Positions 1-10,300 of a stretch of DNA of 64,000 nt are shown here, in pieces (the first letter of the stretch is position 1; each line of letters starts with the position of its first letter). The translations under genes were made by a program, and so were the position numbers. The DNA lies in IMG/VR virus record IMGVR_UViG_3300028840_002185, positions 1 to 64,000 of that record; one strand, 5' to 3'. Source of the DNA: a virus. The notes under the pieces are model-generated. The model was not told the origin of the DNA, did no database searches, and worked only from the letters and a program-made list of their open reading frames with translations.

Positions 1-447
1 ATCAAGACGTATTTCTACCGAACCAGTTGTGTCATGTATAACTGTCTTTACCTCAAAATAATGCCAACGGGAATTTTGATAAACACTACTTGCACTTGAT
101 CCAAGAAGTGTACCTGCTCCATTATATACAACAAAACCAAATGAACTATTCATATGTACTCTTACTTGAATTGCATCACTTTCATCCATAATTTTAATAA
201 AAGGATAAGTTGAACTATATGAAGGTGTGCCTGCTCCTAAATAAAAAGCAAAACCTATTATTAATGTAGTTTTATTTCCAAGATTTAAATTCTTCTGCAA
301 AATGTGACTAATTACGCTTGCTGATGCTGCCTTAGTACCAAACCTTCCGGAAGATGTTAAGGTTGATAAGGATGCAGATGCCCATTTTTTTGCAACATCA
401 TCACCATCTGCATAAATATCAAATCCTTCCAAAAATAATAGAGCCAT
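1..447 (-). CDS. hypothetical virion-module protein, N-terminal 149 aa only (gene continues past the left edge)
   Basis: ATG at 447-445 on the minus strand, 7 nt after AGGAGA (rc of 455-460). I checked the frame triplet by triplet and it is open to nt 1 (MALLFLEGFDIYADGDDVAKKW...). Not in the ORF track because it is truncated. Confidence 0.6.
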   Translation of the reverse strand, partial: MALLFLEGFDIYADGDDVAKKWASASLSTLTSSGRFGTKAASASVISHILQKNLNLGNKTTLIIGFAFYLGAGTPSYSSTYPFIKIMDESDAIQVRVHMNSSFGFVVYNGAGTLLGSSASSVYQNSRWHYFEVKTVIHDTTGSVEIRLD

Positions 448-473
448 TTTCTTATCTCCTAACTAATTATTAG

Positions 474-866
474 TTAAATTTTAGTGGCTTTAATAGTAAT
501 TCCAATGTTGGCAAGATTAGCATCTGCCGGATTAGGACAGATAATACTCATGTAATCGCCAGAACCACCATCAAATTCTGTTGCTGATGCCATGATAAAT
601 GATGGACTTGATTCTGTAGCTCCAAAGCGAATCGTTCCTACAGATGCACCATTTTTTTGAACATCAAAATCTGCTTGTGCTGCTGCTGCAACAGATGACT
701 TACCATTAGATCCTGACATTGCTGCTGCAACCTCTACTTTCAAATATGAAGGAATTGAAATAGTAATAATCTGACCATCCAAAGGCTGATCAACGATTGA
801 CAAAGCAAAGGAAACATCTTTGCTTGCACCACCACCACCTAACGGAATTAATTCTGTATTTGCCAT
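474..866 (-). CDS. hypothetical virion-module protein (130 aa)
   Basis: ORF with GAAAGGAAA RBS before ATG 866. Packed in the minus-strand fibre gene string. Gly/Ala/Ser-rich, no family recognised. Confidence 0.6.
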   Translation of the reverse strand: MANTELIPLGGGGASKDVSFALSIVDQPLDGQIITISIPSYLKVEVAAAMSGSNGKSSVAAAAQADFDVQKNGASVGTIRFGATESSPSFIMASATEFDGGSGDYMSIICPNPADANLANIGITIKATKI

Positions 867-872
867 GATTTA

Positions 873-1298
873 TTATTTCCTTTCTTCTACAAGCACCGAA
901 CCACTTGCGGTAAATTGCAGAACAATTTGATCAGCATTACAACCAACAGCAATTTCTCTGATTGAATTACTTGGCACAGGTAAGCCTGGAATATTTGCCG
1001 TAGCTCTCAAGAAAGCTGTCACTTCAGCATCAGAGCTATTATAGATAACCACTTTTTTTGTTTCTCTATTAATAGAAACAGTCTGATCATCTCCAACTCC
1101 GGTTGAAGTAGCTGTCTGAGTACGCATCAAAGGATTATAATAGGGAGCAGCAGATACTTCAGTCAATCCGGCATCAAGCAAAACATATTCCATTGTTTTT
1201 GATTGTCCAGGTTCTATTTTAATCGTTCTCCTTTTACCATCAAGATCCTCTACTTCTTCAATAATAGCAACTGTGGTTTCATTTTTGTAAACTGGCAT
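873..1298 (-). CDS. hypothetical virion-module protein (141 aa)
   Basis: ORF 7 nt upstream of the next gene, same strand and operon. No family recognised. Confidence 0.6.
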   Translation of the reverse strand: MPVYKNETTVAIIEEVEDLDGKRRTIKIEPGQSKTMEYVLLDAGLTEVSAAPYYNPLMRTQTATSTGVGDDQTVSINRETKKVVIYNSSDAEVTAFLRATANIPGLPVPSNSIREIAVGCNADQIVLQFTASGSVLVEERK

Positions 1299-1335
1299 TT
1301 TTCATTCTCCTTATTATTTTATTATTAATATTATA

Positions 1336-2229
1336 TCACATAAATCGATGATAATTCAAGACTTCATTTGCGATTCTCTCAGGTTCAATCATAGCAAGGC
1401 AGGTCGCATATGGAGATCCTTTCCAAGGATGTTTGCATTTATCAATCGTTGAGATCCAACAGCCCCTTTCCCGACAACAATCAAATAATCCAAGTGAATT
1501 TATATATCTATGATCAGGATATGTTTCCCATCGACAATCTTCACGTCCTCCGGCAACCACCACACAGGGCTTATTAAATGCAGCAGCAAGATGCATTTGC
1601 ATAGTCACATGATTAATGCATCCTGAAGAATGATAAACCAATGAGAAATAGTCTCTTAGGTTCTCTGTAAGGCCCACCAAAGAACGAATTCTACTATGGG
1701 TATGATGTACATCCTTATTGCTGCCTACCTGATATAAATTCAATCCTGCATCCGTTAAAATATCAATAACCTTTTGCCACTTTACAGGTGGATACCCTTT
1801 AATAGGTATATCTATCTTTACTCCAGAATTAATTATCCAATAAGGTTTTTTAATTTTAAGACGATCTAAAATAATACCTTCTTTTTCATCTGGAGTTAAA
1901 TATATATCAGGTCTCATTGATGTTTTAAGTATTTTAAGATCATATAATTCATTAATCATATAAATAAACACAGAAGAAAAATGGTATCCAAGAGGAGCAA
2001 GTTTATCTCTTGAAGCAGCATAATCAAGTTCCTGAATAGGAACAGATCCATCTTTAGGAAAATAAGTAATATATGGATTATTGAAAAATACTTCTGGATA
2101 ACAACAAAGAACGTCTGTTTGTATAAGTCCAGGATATACTTTATGAAGATCTCTAATAGCACAAGTCAACATTAATAAATCTCCAGGGGCTTGCCATTGT
2201 TTAAATATTACTTTAGGTATAGCTCTCAT
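1336..2229 (-). CDS. glycosyltransferase family 9 (ADP-heptose heptosyltransferase)-like protein
   Basis: N-terminal GDLLMLTCAIRDLHKVYP and C-terminal GCINHVTMQMHLAAAFNKPCVVVAGG resemble WaaC/WaaF/WaaQ-type GT9 enzymes. The C-terminus also has a Cys-rich CC..RGC...C....C..MIEPERI tail. TAATG start/stop overlap with the upstream fibre gene at 2229. Confidence 0.65.
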   Translation of the reverse strand: MRAIPKVIFKQWQAPGDLLMLTCAIRDLHKVYPGLIQTDVLCCYPEVFFNNPYITYFPKDGSVPIQELDYAASRDKLAPLGYHFSSVFIYMINELYDLKILKTSMRPDIYLTPDEKEGIILDRLKIKKPYWIINSGVKIDIPIKGYPPVKWQKVIDILTDAGLNLYQVGSNKDVHHTHSRIRSLVGLTENLRDYFSLVYHSSGCINHVTMQMHLAAAFNKPCVVVAGGREDCRWETYPDHRYINSLGLFDCCRERGCWISTIDKCKHPWKGSPYATCLAMIEPERIANEVLNYHRFM

Positions 2230-3425
2230 TATTTCATCTTTATGTATTTTTTTATGCCTGATGGTAAACCTTGAGATAAAACAGGCAATTGAAATTTAGT
2301 TGAAGAATCATATTCTGTAAAATCGGCCCAAAGTTCAATGTCTGATCCATTATTACCTACCATAAACATTCCAACTCCAGGGATTACTGCTATTCTATTT
2401 CTAATATCTGAAGTTTGCGATAAAGATGTATTAATAGTTGTCGTGCGTGGTTGAAAGTTTCTGGCATCATCTTCTGCAATGTACCAAATAGGATAATATC
2501 TTGAATAACCTGTCATCATAAAGATATGTTTAGTACCATCATAATTACCTGTTGAGGGCCAAAACTCTGTAGATCCAAATTTACTTTGAATAAATGGAAC
2601 AGGCCACCAATCAAAGCCATTTGAAGATCTTAACCAAAAGTTATTATTAACGGTATTAAACCAAAGATTAAAATATGTTCCATCAAAAGTTACAGTACCA
2701 GGATATAAACCTTGATAATTAGGCGAAAGCCATTGAAAAATATCAGACGCAGTTGACCAGTTCTGTCCACCATCTGAAGATCTGTGCCATTTGTAATCAC
2801 TATAACTCCAGTAAATAAGATAGTTATTTCCACCACAGACATAAGCAAAATTAACACTATTGTCAGGCCATGATGCTGCATACCAATTGATTCCATCCGT
2901 AGAATAATCAAGAGGTCTTGGAGAAGTATTCATTGATGTTGCTACAAAATAATTTCCTGTCCAAATCAAGTAATTCCAATTTTTAGTTTGAGTCAATGAT
3001 CTGGAAGTCCAAGAGCTTCCATCTGTTGTGGTATAAGCTGTAGCTGAGTTATACCGGAGGGTCACAATAATGCTGCCATTGTTTGTTACCGTATAATAAT
3101 AATCAGATGAAGATCCTCCCAATGGACTATTAACATTCCAAGTGTCTCCGGCATCATCAGTATAAAGAACTTCAACTCCTTGACCTACAACAACTAATAT
3201 ATCTCCCATCCTTGTACAGGATTTAGGAGCATAAGTTCTTTCAGTCCAATACTGAAGTCGTTCATAACATTTTGGATGAAGATCTTGAGCTATTGCACAG
3301 TATTCAGGATAATCAGCTTGATCTAATATTTGACCATCAGCACATTTCCAATCTGCTGAAGGTGAAGCAATCGCTTCAATAACTGTACCGATTTCAAAAT
3401 CAACTTGAGTATTTATTAAATCCAT
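2229..3425 (-). CDS. tail fibre / receptor-binding protein: tail-collar-like N-terminus plus BNR/Asp-box-like repeats
   Basis: N-terminus GTVIEAIASPSADWKCADGQILDQADYPEY resembles the phage tail-collar domain. Repeats are TDDAGDTW, TTDGSSW, STDGINW and SSDGGQNW. Paralogous to 3425-4594. Confidence 0.7.
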   Translation of the reverse strand: MDLINTQVDFEIGTVIEAIASPSADWKCADGQILDQADYPEYCAIAQDLHPKCYERLQYWTERTYAPKSCTRMGDILVVVGQGVEVLYTDDAGDTWNVNSPLGGSSSDYYYTVTNNGSIIVTLRYNSATAYTTTDGSSWTSRSLTQTKNWNYLIWTGNYFVATSMNTSPRPLDYSTDGINWYAASWPDNSVNFAYVCGGNNYLIYWSYSDYKWHRSSDGGQNWSTASDIFQWLSPNYQGLYPGTVTFDGTYFNLWFNTVNNNFWLRSSNGFDWWPVPFIQSKFGSTEFWPSTGNYDGTKHIFMMTGYSRYYPIWYIAEDDARNFQPRTTTINTSLSQTSDIRNRIAVIPGVGMFMVGNNGSDIELWADFTEYDSSTKFQLPVLSQGLPSGIKKYIKMK

Positions 3426-4594
3426 TATTGTACCCTTATATATCTATTTAAACCCCTATCATAGTAGCGTTTCTTTTGATAATTGGGTAATTGAAAATGA
3501 GTACTTTCATTATAAATTTCTATCTTAGAAGTATAAGGCATTGAATAACCATAATTGCCAAAGACACACAAATTTCCTGATGTACTGTTATAAACTAAAT
3601 CATAACATTCACCCTCAAAAGGATTATTAAGCCAAGGATGAAATGTTCTAAGATCAAATGAATAAACACCCCAAGGTGATTGTGTTCCTACTCCAAAATA
3701 AATACTATCATAATATCTCCATCGCCATATATTAGCAGGTACATATCCTGCATTATTTAATGCTTCATCTGTATCAGTAGAAAAGGGTACAAACTCCCAA
3801 TCAGAACCATTATCTGAAATACCAACATATCCTTGAGCAGTACCAATTAAAAAATATCCATTACAATATTCTATTCCATACCACGGCCCTTGCGCTCCTA
3901 ATGTCTTTGACCAATTAGCTCCATTATCCGTTGAATAATAAATGGCTCCACCACTATTAGTAAGGACAATAGTTCCTGATCCATCAGAAGCACCATAATA
4001 GGTATTGTTAGAATCTGGCAAAACTCCAGTATCAGACCATGAGATCCCATCAGTAGATCTAATAACTTGAGTTTGATCTTTCGCTATTGCAATAAAATAC
4101 GTTCCATCAAAGACAATAACATTCCAATTATAGGAATAAGATAAAGTTCTGGTAGTCCATGAACTGCCTGTCGATGACGTTGCTCCTTCATTAGATCCAT
4201 ATCTCAAAGCACAAAAGACAGATCCATTCCATGCAGGGCCATACCAAGTTCCGGCAGTTGGCATTGTACTAAGAGTCCACGTAATACCATCTGTTGATCT
4301 ACTATATAATTGATCCCATCCACAAGCAACCCAAACTGGAGAACCAGTACTGCCGTTCCATTGAACTCTTTCAGCATATGGATAATCTCCACCTGTGTCA
4401 TAATCATCAGTAAAATTCCAATGACTATATAATTCAGGGTGTGGATTTTCCATTTTATTATAAAGAACAGGATAACTGGCTTGAGCTAATACTTGTCCTC
4501 TGCAAAGCATCCAGTTTAATGATGGAGGAGCATTACCTTCAATAATAGATCCAACAGGATATATTTCATCTGCTTTAGGAGCTAATAAAGTCAT
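3425..4594 (-). CDS. tail fibre / receptor-binding protein, paralogue of 2229-3425
   Basis: N-terminus VGSIIEGNAPPSLNWMLCRGQVLAQASYPVLY is tail-collar-like. Repeats are STDGITW, STGSSW, STDGISW, STDNGANW and SDNGSDW. 1-nt overlaps with both neighbours. Confidence 0.7.
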   Translation of the reverse strand: MTLLAPKADEIYPVGSIIEGNAPPSLNWMLCRGQVLAQASYPVLYNKMENPHPELYSHWNFTDDYDTGGDYPYAERVQWNGSTGSPVWVACGWDQLYSRSTDGITWTLSTMPTAGTWYGPAWNGSVFCALRYGSNEGATSSTGSSWTTRTLSYSYNWNVIVFDGTYFIAIAKDQTQVIRSTDGISWSDTGVLPDSNNTYYGASDGSGTIVLTNSGGAIYYSTDNGANWSKTLGAQGPWYGIEYCNGYFLIGTAQGYVGISDNGSDWEFVPFSTDTDEALNNAGYVPANIWRWRYYDSIYFGVGTQSPWGVYSFDLRTFHPWLNNPFEGECYDLVYNSTSGNLCVFGNYGYSMPYTSKIEIYNESTHFQLPNYQKKRYYDRGLNRYIRVQ

Positions 4595-5046
4595 TACGTT
4601 ACTCCATAATCAATTGTTATATTGTCACCAGAACTAATCGTTTCAAGTGAGACCTTAAATGATTTTGCTCCATAGATATTTGAGAAAACAACTATATCTC
4701 CCCAATACCTTGAAGATACTGCTTTCCCAAGATTATTAATAGGAACAGATTCACTATATCCAATTTCAGTATCCGCACTATCAAAAAATAAAAATCGAAT
4801 AGTAGCTACTGCTTGAGCATCATTAAAGGTGTTCTTTAAAATGATATAGTATCTACCACGTACCTCAATTGCTGAAGCAGGATATAAACCAGTAGATCCC
4901 TGAGTGGTTGTGACATTAGCAAGAGTTATCTCTCCCATTCCTGCAAGATCACGTTCAATCTGTCTGGTATTACCACCAATTGAAATCTGAACGGTTGAAA
5001 CATTCTTGCCAGAACCTTCAGTTACGGCAATCTGTGATTCAGACAT
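4594..5046 (-). CDS. hypothetical fibre-module protein (150 aa)
   Basis: ORF coupled to the downstream fibre gene (overlap at 4594). No family recognised. Confidence 0.55.
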   Translation of the reverse strand: MSESQIAVTEGSGKNVSTVQISIGGNTRQIERDLAGMGEITLANVTTTQGSTGLYPASAIEVRGRYYIILKNTFNDAQAVATIRFLFFDSADTEIGYSESVPINNLGKAVSSRYWGDIVVFSNIYGAKSFKVSLETISSGDNITIDYGVT

Positions 5047-5056
5047 AGTTTACTCC

Positions 5057-5683
5057 TTATACATCTTGAGCATTGACAGTAACAACAATCTTCAAGACTT
5101 CAGCAGAATTAAATGGTCGAGAAGAACTAAATCTTGCTGCACTAAACATTACTCCACCACCTGCTACATCTCCCTTAGTGGAAACACTAACCATCGATGC
5201 ACCATAAATTGTGTTAGTTCCAGAGGTACAAGTAAACTCTGCCGGAGTACCAGAGTTATCAAGTGATTGTGAAGATATAGATCCTTCAACCCATTCTTCT
5301 CTTGTAGATTCATCATAATTGGTAAATTCAGTATAGGTCGGAACTGCATATGTCCATCCTGCTGCCGGAGTGGAATCTGAACTAAAGATTGCAATGTACC
5401 AAGTACTTACTGCCGTTCCACCTTTAAAGACAACATCGAGAACATCATCCAATCCTTCATTCACTACCAAATTATGAATTACTTGTTTCCATTTAGGAAC
5501 CCATGTCATCGGCCCAATATAATCTCTCCAATCTTGAATAATTGCTCCATCTATATCAACATAGTTTCCACATTCAAAATTCCAAATGTTATAAAAACCA
5601 AATCCACCAAGTAATCCTTTTTTCTTCATTAAATAAATAACTGCTTTGCGAACTAAAGGATTGTTTAAATCGATAACTTTCAT
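5057..5683 (-). CDS. hypothetical fibre-module protein (208 aa)
   Basis: The track ORF 5057-5725 begins at a TTG. I prefer the in-frame ATG at 5683 (MKVIDLNN...), which is preceded by AGGAGG (rc of 5691-5696) and removes the overlap with 5698-5949. Confidence 0.55.
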   Translation of the reverse strand: MKVIDLNNPLVRKAVIYLMKKKGLLGGFGFYNIWNFECGNYVDIDGAIIQDWRDYIGPMTWVPKWKQVIHNLVVNEGLDDVLDVVFKGGTAVSTWYIAIFSSDSTPAAGWTYAVPTYTEFTNYDESTREEWVEGSISSQSLDNSGTPAEFTCTSGTNTIYGASMVSVSTKGDVAGGGVMFSAARFSSSRPFNSAEVLKIVVTVNAQDV

Positions 5684-5697
5684 GTTGTGTCCTCCTA

Positions 5698-5949
5698 TTA
5701 GGTAAATGTATTGACAACTTGCCAAGTACTATTATAATAAACTTTTTCCTGATCATTTCCTGTATCTATCCAACGCATACCTGCCGTAGGTGTAACAGAG
5801 GGCCAATTTTGCGCTGACCCTGGAGGATAGGCACTTGGAAATCCAAGCAATGCTGCTTCAATTAAATCCATATTATTATTCATTTCTTCATCATATCGCA
5901 CAGTACGATATGCAGGTTTTGAAAGATAAAATGCAGATGTATAAGCCAT
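5698..5949 (-). CDS. hypothetical small virion-module protein (83 aa)
   Basis: ORF coupled to the upstream gene (1-nt overlap at 5949). Confidence 0.5.
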   Translation of the reverse strand: MAYTSAFYLSKPAYRTVRYDEEMNNNMDLIEAALLGFPSAYPPGSAQNWPSVTPTAGMRWIDTGNDQEKVYYNSTWQVVNTFT

Positions 5950-6701
5950 TAGATTAAATCTCCCCCTTCATCAGAAGCAGTTATGTCAAGGTATTTTACT
6001 GGAGACCAATTATCATCAACATCAACCTGATAAACTTCAAACCTTAAATTAGGTTCAAAGTATCCATTATCTGAAACATTCATTGCTGCCGTATAAGTGT
6101 ACTGAGCAGACCCATCAGGAAACGATTTATTAACAATTGTAATAGTATCAGTTCTAAGAGTAGTGCTATCGCTAATACGAATAACTTTGACTTTAAATTC
6201 TTTAAGTTCACCGATTACATCTCCATCTCCATATGAAGTCTGATCTCCATAAGGAGCAACACCATAACCATAGGTGGATTTTTTTGTTCTGGTTCTCCAT
6301 CTTAATTCATAACTAATTACCAGATAACCATACCCACCATCGGTGAAACCAATGTTTTCTTCTATTTCCACATATATATCCATAGTATTAGAAATAGCAT
6401 CTCCTAAACCAAGTGATTCAAAAACATCAACCCAATTATAGGTGAAAGTCGTGTCACCTAAACCAAGAATCTCAGCAATTTCCTCTGGTAATATAATTGT
6501 TTCAATATCTCCTAATCCTATTGTGTCAGTAAAGGATTCTTCAGTCAACACAATATTTCCATCATTGAGACCTAATATTTCAGATAAAAAAGTACTGGTC
6601 TCAGAAACATTGGCAACATCTCCCAATCCTAAAGTTTCCTCAAGGTATTCAATCTCTGGTGGCCCACTACCACTATCTAATACAAACTTTAATACCTTCA
6701 T
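5949..6701 (-). CDS. fibre-associated protein with N-terminal E(S/T/I)LGLGD repeats
   Basis: Contains ETLGLGD, EILGLND, DTIGLGD, EILGLGD and ESLGLGD in aa 24-105. The same repeat occurs in the 2068-aa protein upstream. Confidence 0.6.
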   Translation of the reverse strand: MKVLKFVLDSGSGPPEIEYLEETLGLGDVANVSETSTFLSEILGLNDGNIVLTEESFTDTIGLGDIETIILPEEIAEILGLGDTTFTYNWVDVFESLGLGDAISNTMDIYVEIEENIGFTDGGYGYLVISYELRWRTRTKKSTYGYGVAPYGDQTSYGDGDVIGELKEFKVKVIRISDSTTLRTDTITIVNKSFPDGSAQYTYTAAMNVSDNGYFEPNLRFEVYQVDVDDNWSPVKYLDITASDEGGDLI

Positions 6702-6707
6702 AATTTA

Positions 6708-7361
6708 TTATTTTCTAACACCAAATACTCTTACTGTTCCAGTAATATTTCCTGAATCCATAAGAAATTGAAATGCATTTACTGCTGATGTACTATAATA
6801 TCTTGCTGTTCCTATCATATTATATAAATAATCAAGAGTAGAATGTATCATACTTAAATGAAAATTTAATCCTTTATAAAATGTAGTTGAATCTACATTA
6901 AAAAGTTTTAATTCTCCGTTCACACCACCCTGCGCTTGAGTATTAGATAATCCATCAGAAAGCAAAATTTGATTTGCTCCATCATTATCTCCTAAAGAAG
7001 TACTCGAAGAAGAATCTCTTATATAGAATACTGCCGTACCATAATTAGCTCCGCTATCATAAGACGTTCCTCCATTTGTAGACATTCTCATATATAATTT
7101 AGCAGCATCAGTTGCAGGAATAAGATTAAATAATTCTATTTGATATTCATCAAAATCAGATGAATACCAATTTTCCAAATCAATAGAAGCAACTCCAGAC
7201 GCTTCAGTTACAGATTCTAATAAAACCAAACCTTTGTTCACATTCTCAATAGTTATTTTTCTTTCTACCGGAGTTCCCCCAGGATCATCTACTTCATATA
7301 ATAAATTTTCATTATCCGGTGCTGTGTCCTCTGTTAATTGTGTTAATTTTTCATTAGCCAT
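6708..7361 (-). CDS. tail fibre protein (217 aa)
   Basis: N-terminus MANEKLTQLTEDTAPDNENLLYEVDDPGGTPVERKITIENV is a typical fibre-attachment N-terminus seen in many phages. It lies directly after the J-like proteins. Confidence 0.55.
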   Translation of the reverse strand: MANEKLTQLTEDTAPDNENLLYEVDDPGGTPVERKITIENVNKGLVLLESVTEASGVASIDLENWYSSDFDEYQIELFNLIPATDAAKLYMRMSTNGGTSYDSGANYGTAVFYIRDSSSSTSLGDNDGANQILLSDGLSNTQAQGGVNGELKLFNVDSTTFYKGLNFHLSMIHSTLDYLYNMIGTARYYSTSAVNAFQFLMDSGNITGTVRVFGVRK

Positions 7362-7371
7362 TTTAATATAC

Positions 7372-10300
7372 CTATTCTAATAATAATTTATCTCCAGATT
7401 CTAATAATAATGAATCACCTGATTCAAGTAATAATGAATAATCCAACACATTAGCAGCAAAAAGATGGACATATCCATCTTGTGAATATTCTGCTAAACC
7501 AACTTTACCTGCTGAAAGAATAGGACTTGAATCATCATAATCAATATGCCAAGATCCAGGCTCGTCAGATCTACTACCTGACCAAACCTTTACCCTTATA
7601 TTAGCCCCTACAACTCTCATTCTTATCCAATACCAAGTAGACGTATCAAGAGTTATTGAATAGGTGTCTAATGTTGCTCCTGATCCGGCATTATATCTTG
7701 AAAGAGTTATTTGATCTGAAGTAAAATTAGTCCAAACTATATAGCCATTTTCAGAAGCAGCACTTCCACTAAGTCTTGCAACAGGGCCAATATTATTTGC
7801 TCCATCTGCAATTGTTGTAATGCAAGTTAATATATCTACATCGTTGCAATCAGGTATATCATCCCACGTTGCTGCCATCATTGAAGCAGAAGTCATATCC
7901 AATTGCATAATATTTTTAGATAAACTACCTGAAGTGGTTATGTCTAATGAAAAATTTCCTGTATTCCATTGTTCTGTCCAATCTCCAGGGGGAGATGAAA
8001 GAGTGTATTCTTCAAAGTCAGTTATATAATCAAACTGTTCATCTATTAATGTAACTTTAAACTCGTCACAATAACCATCATCATTAAAATTAAATAATCC
8101 AATTTTACCCATTGAAAATATTTGATTAGTTCCAGTTTCAGTATAATCAATATGCCAAGATCCAGGCTCACTACCTCCATCAGCCCAAATTCTGATTTTA
8201 ATATTATCTTCTTCAACTCTCATTCTTATCCAATACCAAGTATCTATTGCTAATGTAATAGAATAGGTATCTAATGAAGTTCCTGAAGCATTTTTAAATT
8301 TATATAAAATAATTCTATTATTAGTATCGTCAGTAAAGACAAAATAACAACTTTCATCAGTATCAGATCCTCCGATTCTCATGGCAGGGCCAATCAAATA
8401 TGCTGCTGAAGTAGGCCATCTTACTTTACAAAGAATTTCTCCATTATATTGTAATCCTACATCATCCCATGATGCTGCTGCCCTTTGACTTAATGTGGTC
8501 ATATCAAATTCTAATGATTTACCACCTGTATCTGCCGGAGAAGTTACAATGTCCAAATCAAAAGCAGTTGTATGGAAATGCTCAGTCCAATCAGAAGGTG
8601 GAGATCCAGTTGAATATTCGCTGAAGTCAGTTTCAAAATCAAATGTTTCTCCTGCAACGTAATCTAAGTCATCTCCTAATCCAAGTGATTCAGATATTGC
8701 TATCAACATCTCAGCAATTGTGTCAGTATCACCTAAACCAAGAGTTTCAGTTATATATTCTGTAGCTAATGCTTGTGTATCGTCACCTAATCCAAGTGAT
8801 TCTGTTAAAGCTATCAACATTTCAGCTATTGTATCGGTATCTCCTAATCCAAGTGATTCAATTATCTGCACTATATCAATGTAATCTAAATCATCTCCTA
8901 AACCAAGTGCTTCAGTAATCCTTTCAATTTCGTCAAGAGTACCAGATAAGCCAAGAGCTTCAAATAGATATTGAGTTTCAGGTATCTCAGAAATAGGCTT
9001 ATGAATCGATTCAGGAAAGTAAGGCAATAATCCATAACCTACAAAATCAATATCTGTTTCTTCTCCTATGTTAAAATCACTTGTTAATCCTTGAACGGTA
9101 AATGAATTTGCTCTAAAAGTTATAGTAGTACCTATTAATGAAGAATCAGTTATTGAATAAGAAATAGTTGAATCTGATCTTAAATATAAATATGTAGTTG
9201 GATCTATTGAATGTTCAACTATATCTGTGTCCTTATATCCTCTAACCACATTCATAAAAGCATAATTAGTTGTATCCAAACCATGATAATAAACTAATTC
9301 ATCATCGATCCAAAGGATTCCTTCAGTTGGAAATGAACCATCAATGGTATCTGGATCATAATAGATAATTTTATCATCAACACCTACATCTTGAGCTAAT
9401 AAGACAGATGAAACCGTCTGATTAACGATTCCAAAGTATTGAAAATCAGTTCCTACCTTTTGATATATCCTTGCTCCTACAAAGAAACCTGCATCATTTG
9501 CAGGGGCTTTAAATAGAAAATGCAAAGCACCTGTTTCTATATCCTCTTTAACTGAAAACCTTTCAACGTTATTTGGTATATATGGAGCAGGAAAACCTGA
9601 ACGTGGATATGAAGTCATTACAGGAATACCACTATCATGATAACAATAAGGATTAAATTCCTCTAATTCCATTTTAACTTCAAAATCCATCATTTCATCC
9701 ATTGATATTATTCTAAACCATCGATTAGACCATCCTGTAATTTCATGACTTACACCAATGATCTCTCCCATGCATATAGTTGTTCCCATTATATCAGTTT
9801 CAAAGGAACAGGTATATTTTTGATAATTTATTTGATCAAGAATTCTTTGAGCCATACGTCCTGCTTGTGTAGCTCTCTTAATTCCTGGCATATTATAAGT
9901 AGCAATTTTTTCAATTTCACCTAACACATCTAATCGATATGTATCTTCAGCTTCGGCAATATCCTTTATATAACCTACTAAACGATTTTTAAATTGAACT
10001 CTAACTTTATTAGGTCTATCTATCTCAGACTTTTCAGCAAATGCAAAAGATCCTTCCTTTATATTGTCTTTCTTTATACTAAATGATTCCCCTTGAGTTA
10101 AACCAGAATTAAGTTTCATTCCAAGAGTTATATAAGTAGAAGTCTGTTCAATAACCACACCATATCTACTATCAGGCCAAGGATATTGAAAGTCTAATAC
10201 TTTACCAAAATCAATTTCATCTCCTCTCCAATAATTGTCTGGATAAGCAGAGAAATCAGCATAAATTATATCACTTGCATCTGGATCTTGACTTACTGCA

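Noticed and set aside
7440-8650. The duplicated lectin-like domains as the template/variable repeat pair of a diversity-generating retroelement.
   Set aside because: No reverse transcriptase or Avd-like gene is in the window. Both copies are coding and in tandem. The differences I could see are not restricted to adenine positions.
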